Positions 32,871 to 33,788 of a DNA stretch of 33,788 nt are shown here, piece by piece. A program made the position numbers and the translations under genes. This stretch comes from Hyphochytrium catenoides. Its lineage: Eukaryota > Protista > Hyphochytriomycota. Within the stretch, counting starts at the first letter, position 1, and the number at the start of each line of letters is the position of its first letter. The notes under the pieces were generated by a model that worked only from the letters and a program-made list of their open reading frames with translations, had not been told where the DNA came from and did not search any database. The DNA is taken from positions 1 through 33,788 of the forward strand of contig FLMG01003049.1 of NCBI GenBank assembly GCA_900088475.1, in the 5' to 3' direction.

Positions 32871-33788
32871 TTTACGAATGCTTCGCTTTGACTCTTGTCT
32901 ATCAGCTCACAGAAAGTGGCGCCAAAGGAGAGGCATGGGGGGTTTAACTTCCTCTTTTCCATAGAAGCCTCTCCTTGTATGCTCAGACATGAGATCGACT
33001 AGCATGAGATCGTTTAGCGAATAGCACCGATACCGCCTCATTTTTGATCATTTAGAGCGTCACTAGTCGCGGAGTGGCATTCCCACTACCTACGGGGAGG
33101 CTGCCCTCTAGCTTCATGACCGGCTAAAGAAGTAGGAGAGTAAAACGAAGACCACCACGATGAAGGGATAGTGAGATGAGAAAGCAAGAGCGAGAAGGGG
33201 AGAGCGCGCGAGAAGCAGCGCAAGAGCAGAGTGAAAGAGTGAAGAGGAGACAGGAGCGCCAATGGGGCGGTAACTTTCTATAGTTGGCCTGCACCGTATC
33301 ATCATCACTGACACGATCTTTCTGGTCACTTCCAGCTCCCGGCCATCAACACGACCACCCATACTTTCCCGCGATGGAAACAATGCAATATATTCCGTGA
33401 AAGGTTCTTATTGCTGTAATTGTAGAGGGAGAGTATATTTCACAGAGTCAAGGTTGCGAGTGTTTCAGAGGGAAAGTTGGGGAAAGGTGGTGCACGAACA
33501 ACTTCAACCACAGGACCTTCCTCCTCTTCCGTCTCAATCATCGAAGGCTGAATCTCTCTCCTCGCTGTCCGCTCTCCACTGGCTCCCAAGCGTCCTCTTC
33601 TCCCCTAGTGCTCTTCCCTCAATCTCACTTCTTTACTTGTCCGGTGGAGCTCACAGACTCTAGTCGGCAGGCTCCTGAGGACGTTCTCTTGCTATCAAGC
33701 GCTAGAACTCAAATGCCAGCCTGGCAGCCCGCCCAAGGTATGCGCTTCTTTGGTGAAGAGTAAAGGCTCCGATGGGCGCCGTCTCCAG

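Noticed and set aside
33114-33788. Start of another gene at the right edge (possible donor aag/gtatgc near 33738)
   Set aside because: Too little sequence and no recognisable protein motif. The ORFs are low-complexity.
1-33788. CRISPR arrays, operons, tRNA/rRNA genes, intact transposase or reverse transcriptase
   Set aside because: None seen by eye. The sequence is intron-containing eukaryotic DNA, and a tRNAscan/Rfam run would be needed to formally exclude small RNAs.

Overview
Gene-dense eukaryotic nuclear DNA with many short GT-AG introns and three N gaps. It is probably a stramenopile alga or protist, inferred from protein character rather than shown. Left to right: RPL5 3' part (+), ribulose-5-P 3-epimerase (-), a 15-exon NSUN2/Trm4 tRNA m5C methyltransferase (+) with CT microsatellites flanking exon 1, a bacterial-type K+-independent pyruvate kinase with a mitochondrial-like presequence (-), a zincless-finger Fpg glycosylase (+), a 10-exon coiled-coil orphan gene missed by the ORF track (-), UTP11 (+), a possible C2-like gene or remnant (-), an intronless 4CL/luciferase-like acyl-CoA ligase (+), DDB1 (-), asparagine synthetase (-), a ~3 kb spacer with relic-like sequence, aspartate aminotransferase (+) and a membrane-anchored pepsin-like protease (-). 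I saw no CRISPR array, rRNA, tRNA or intact transposon. The most notable points are the pyruvate kinase, the hidden orphan gene, near-strict alternation of gene orientation, a candidate AGGTCA(C/T/G)T promoter element and the Asp/Asn gene pair. I found no clearly new multi-gene system. All exon structures were deduced by hand.
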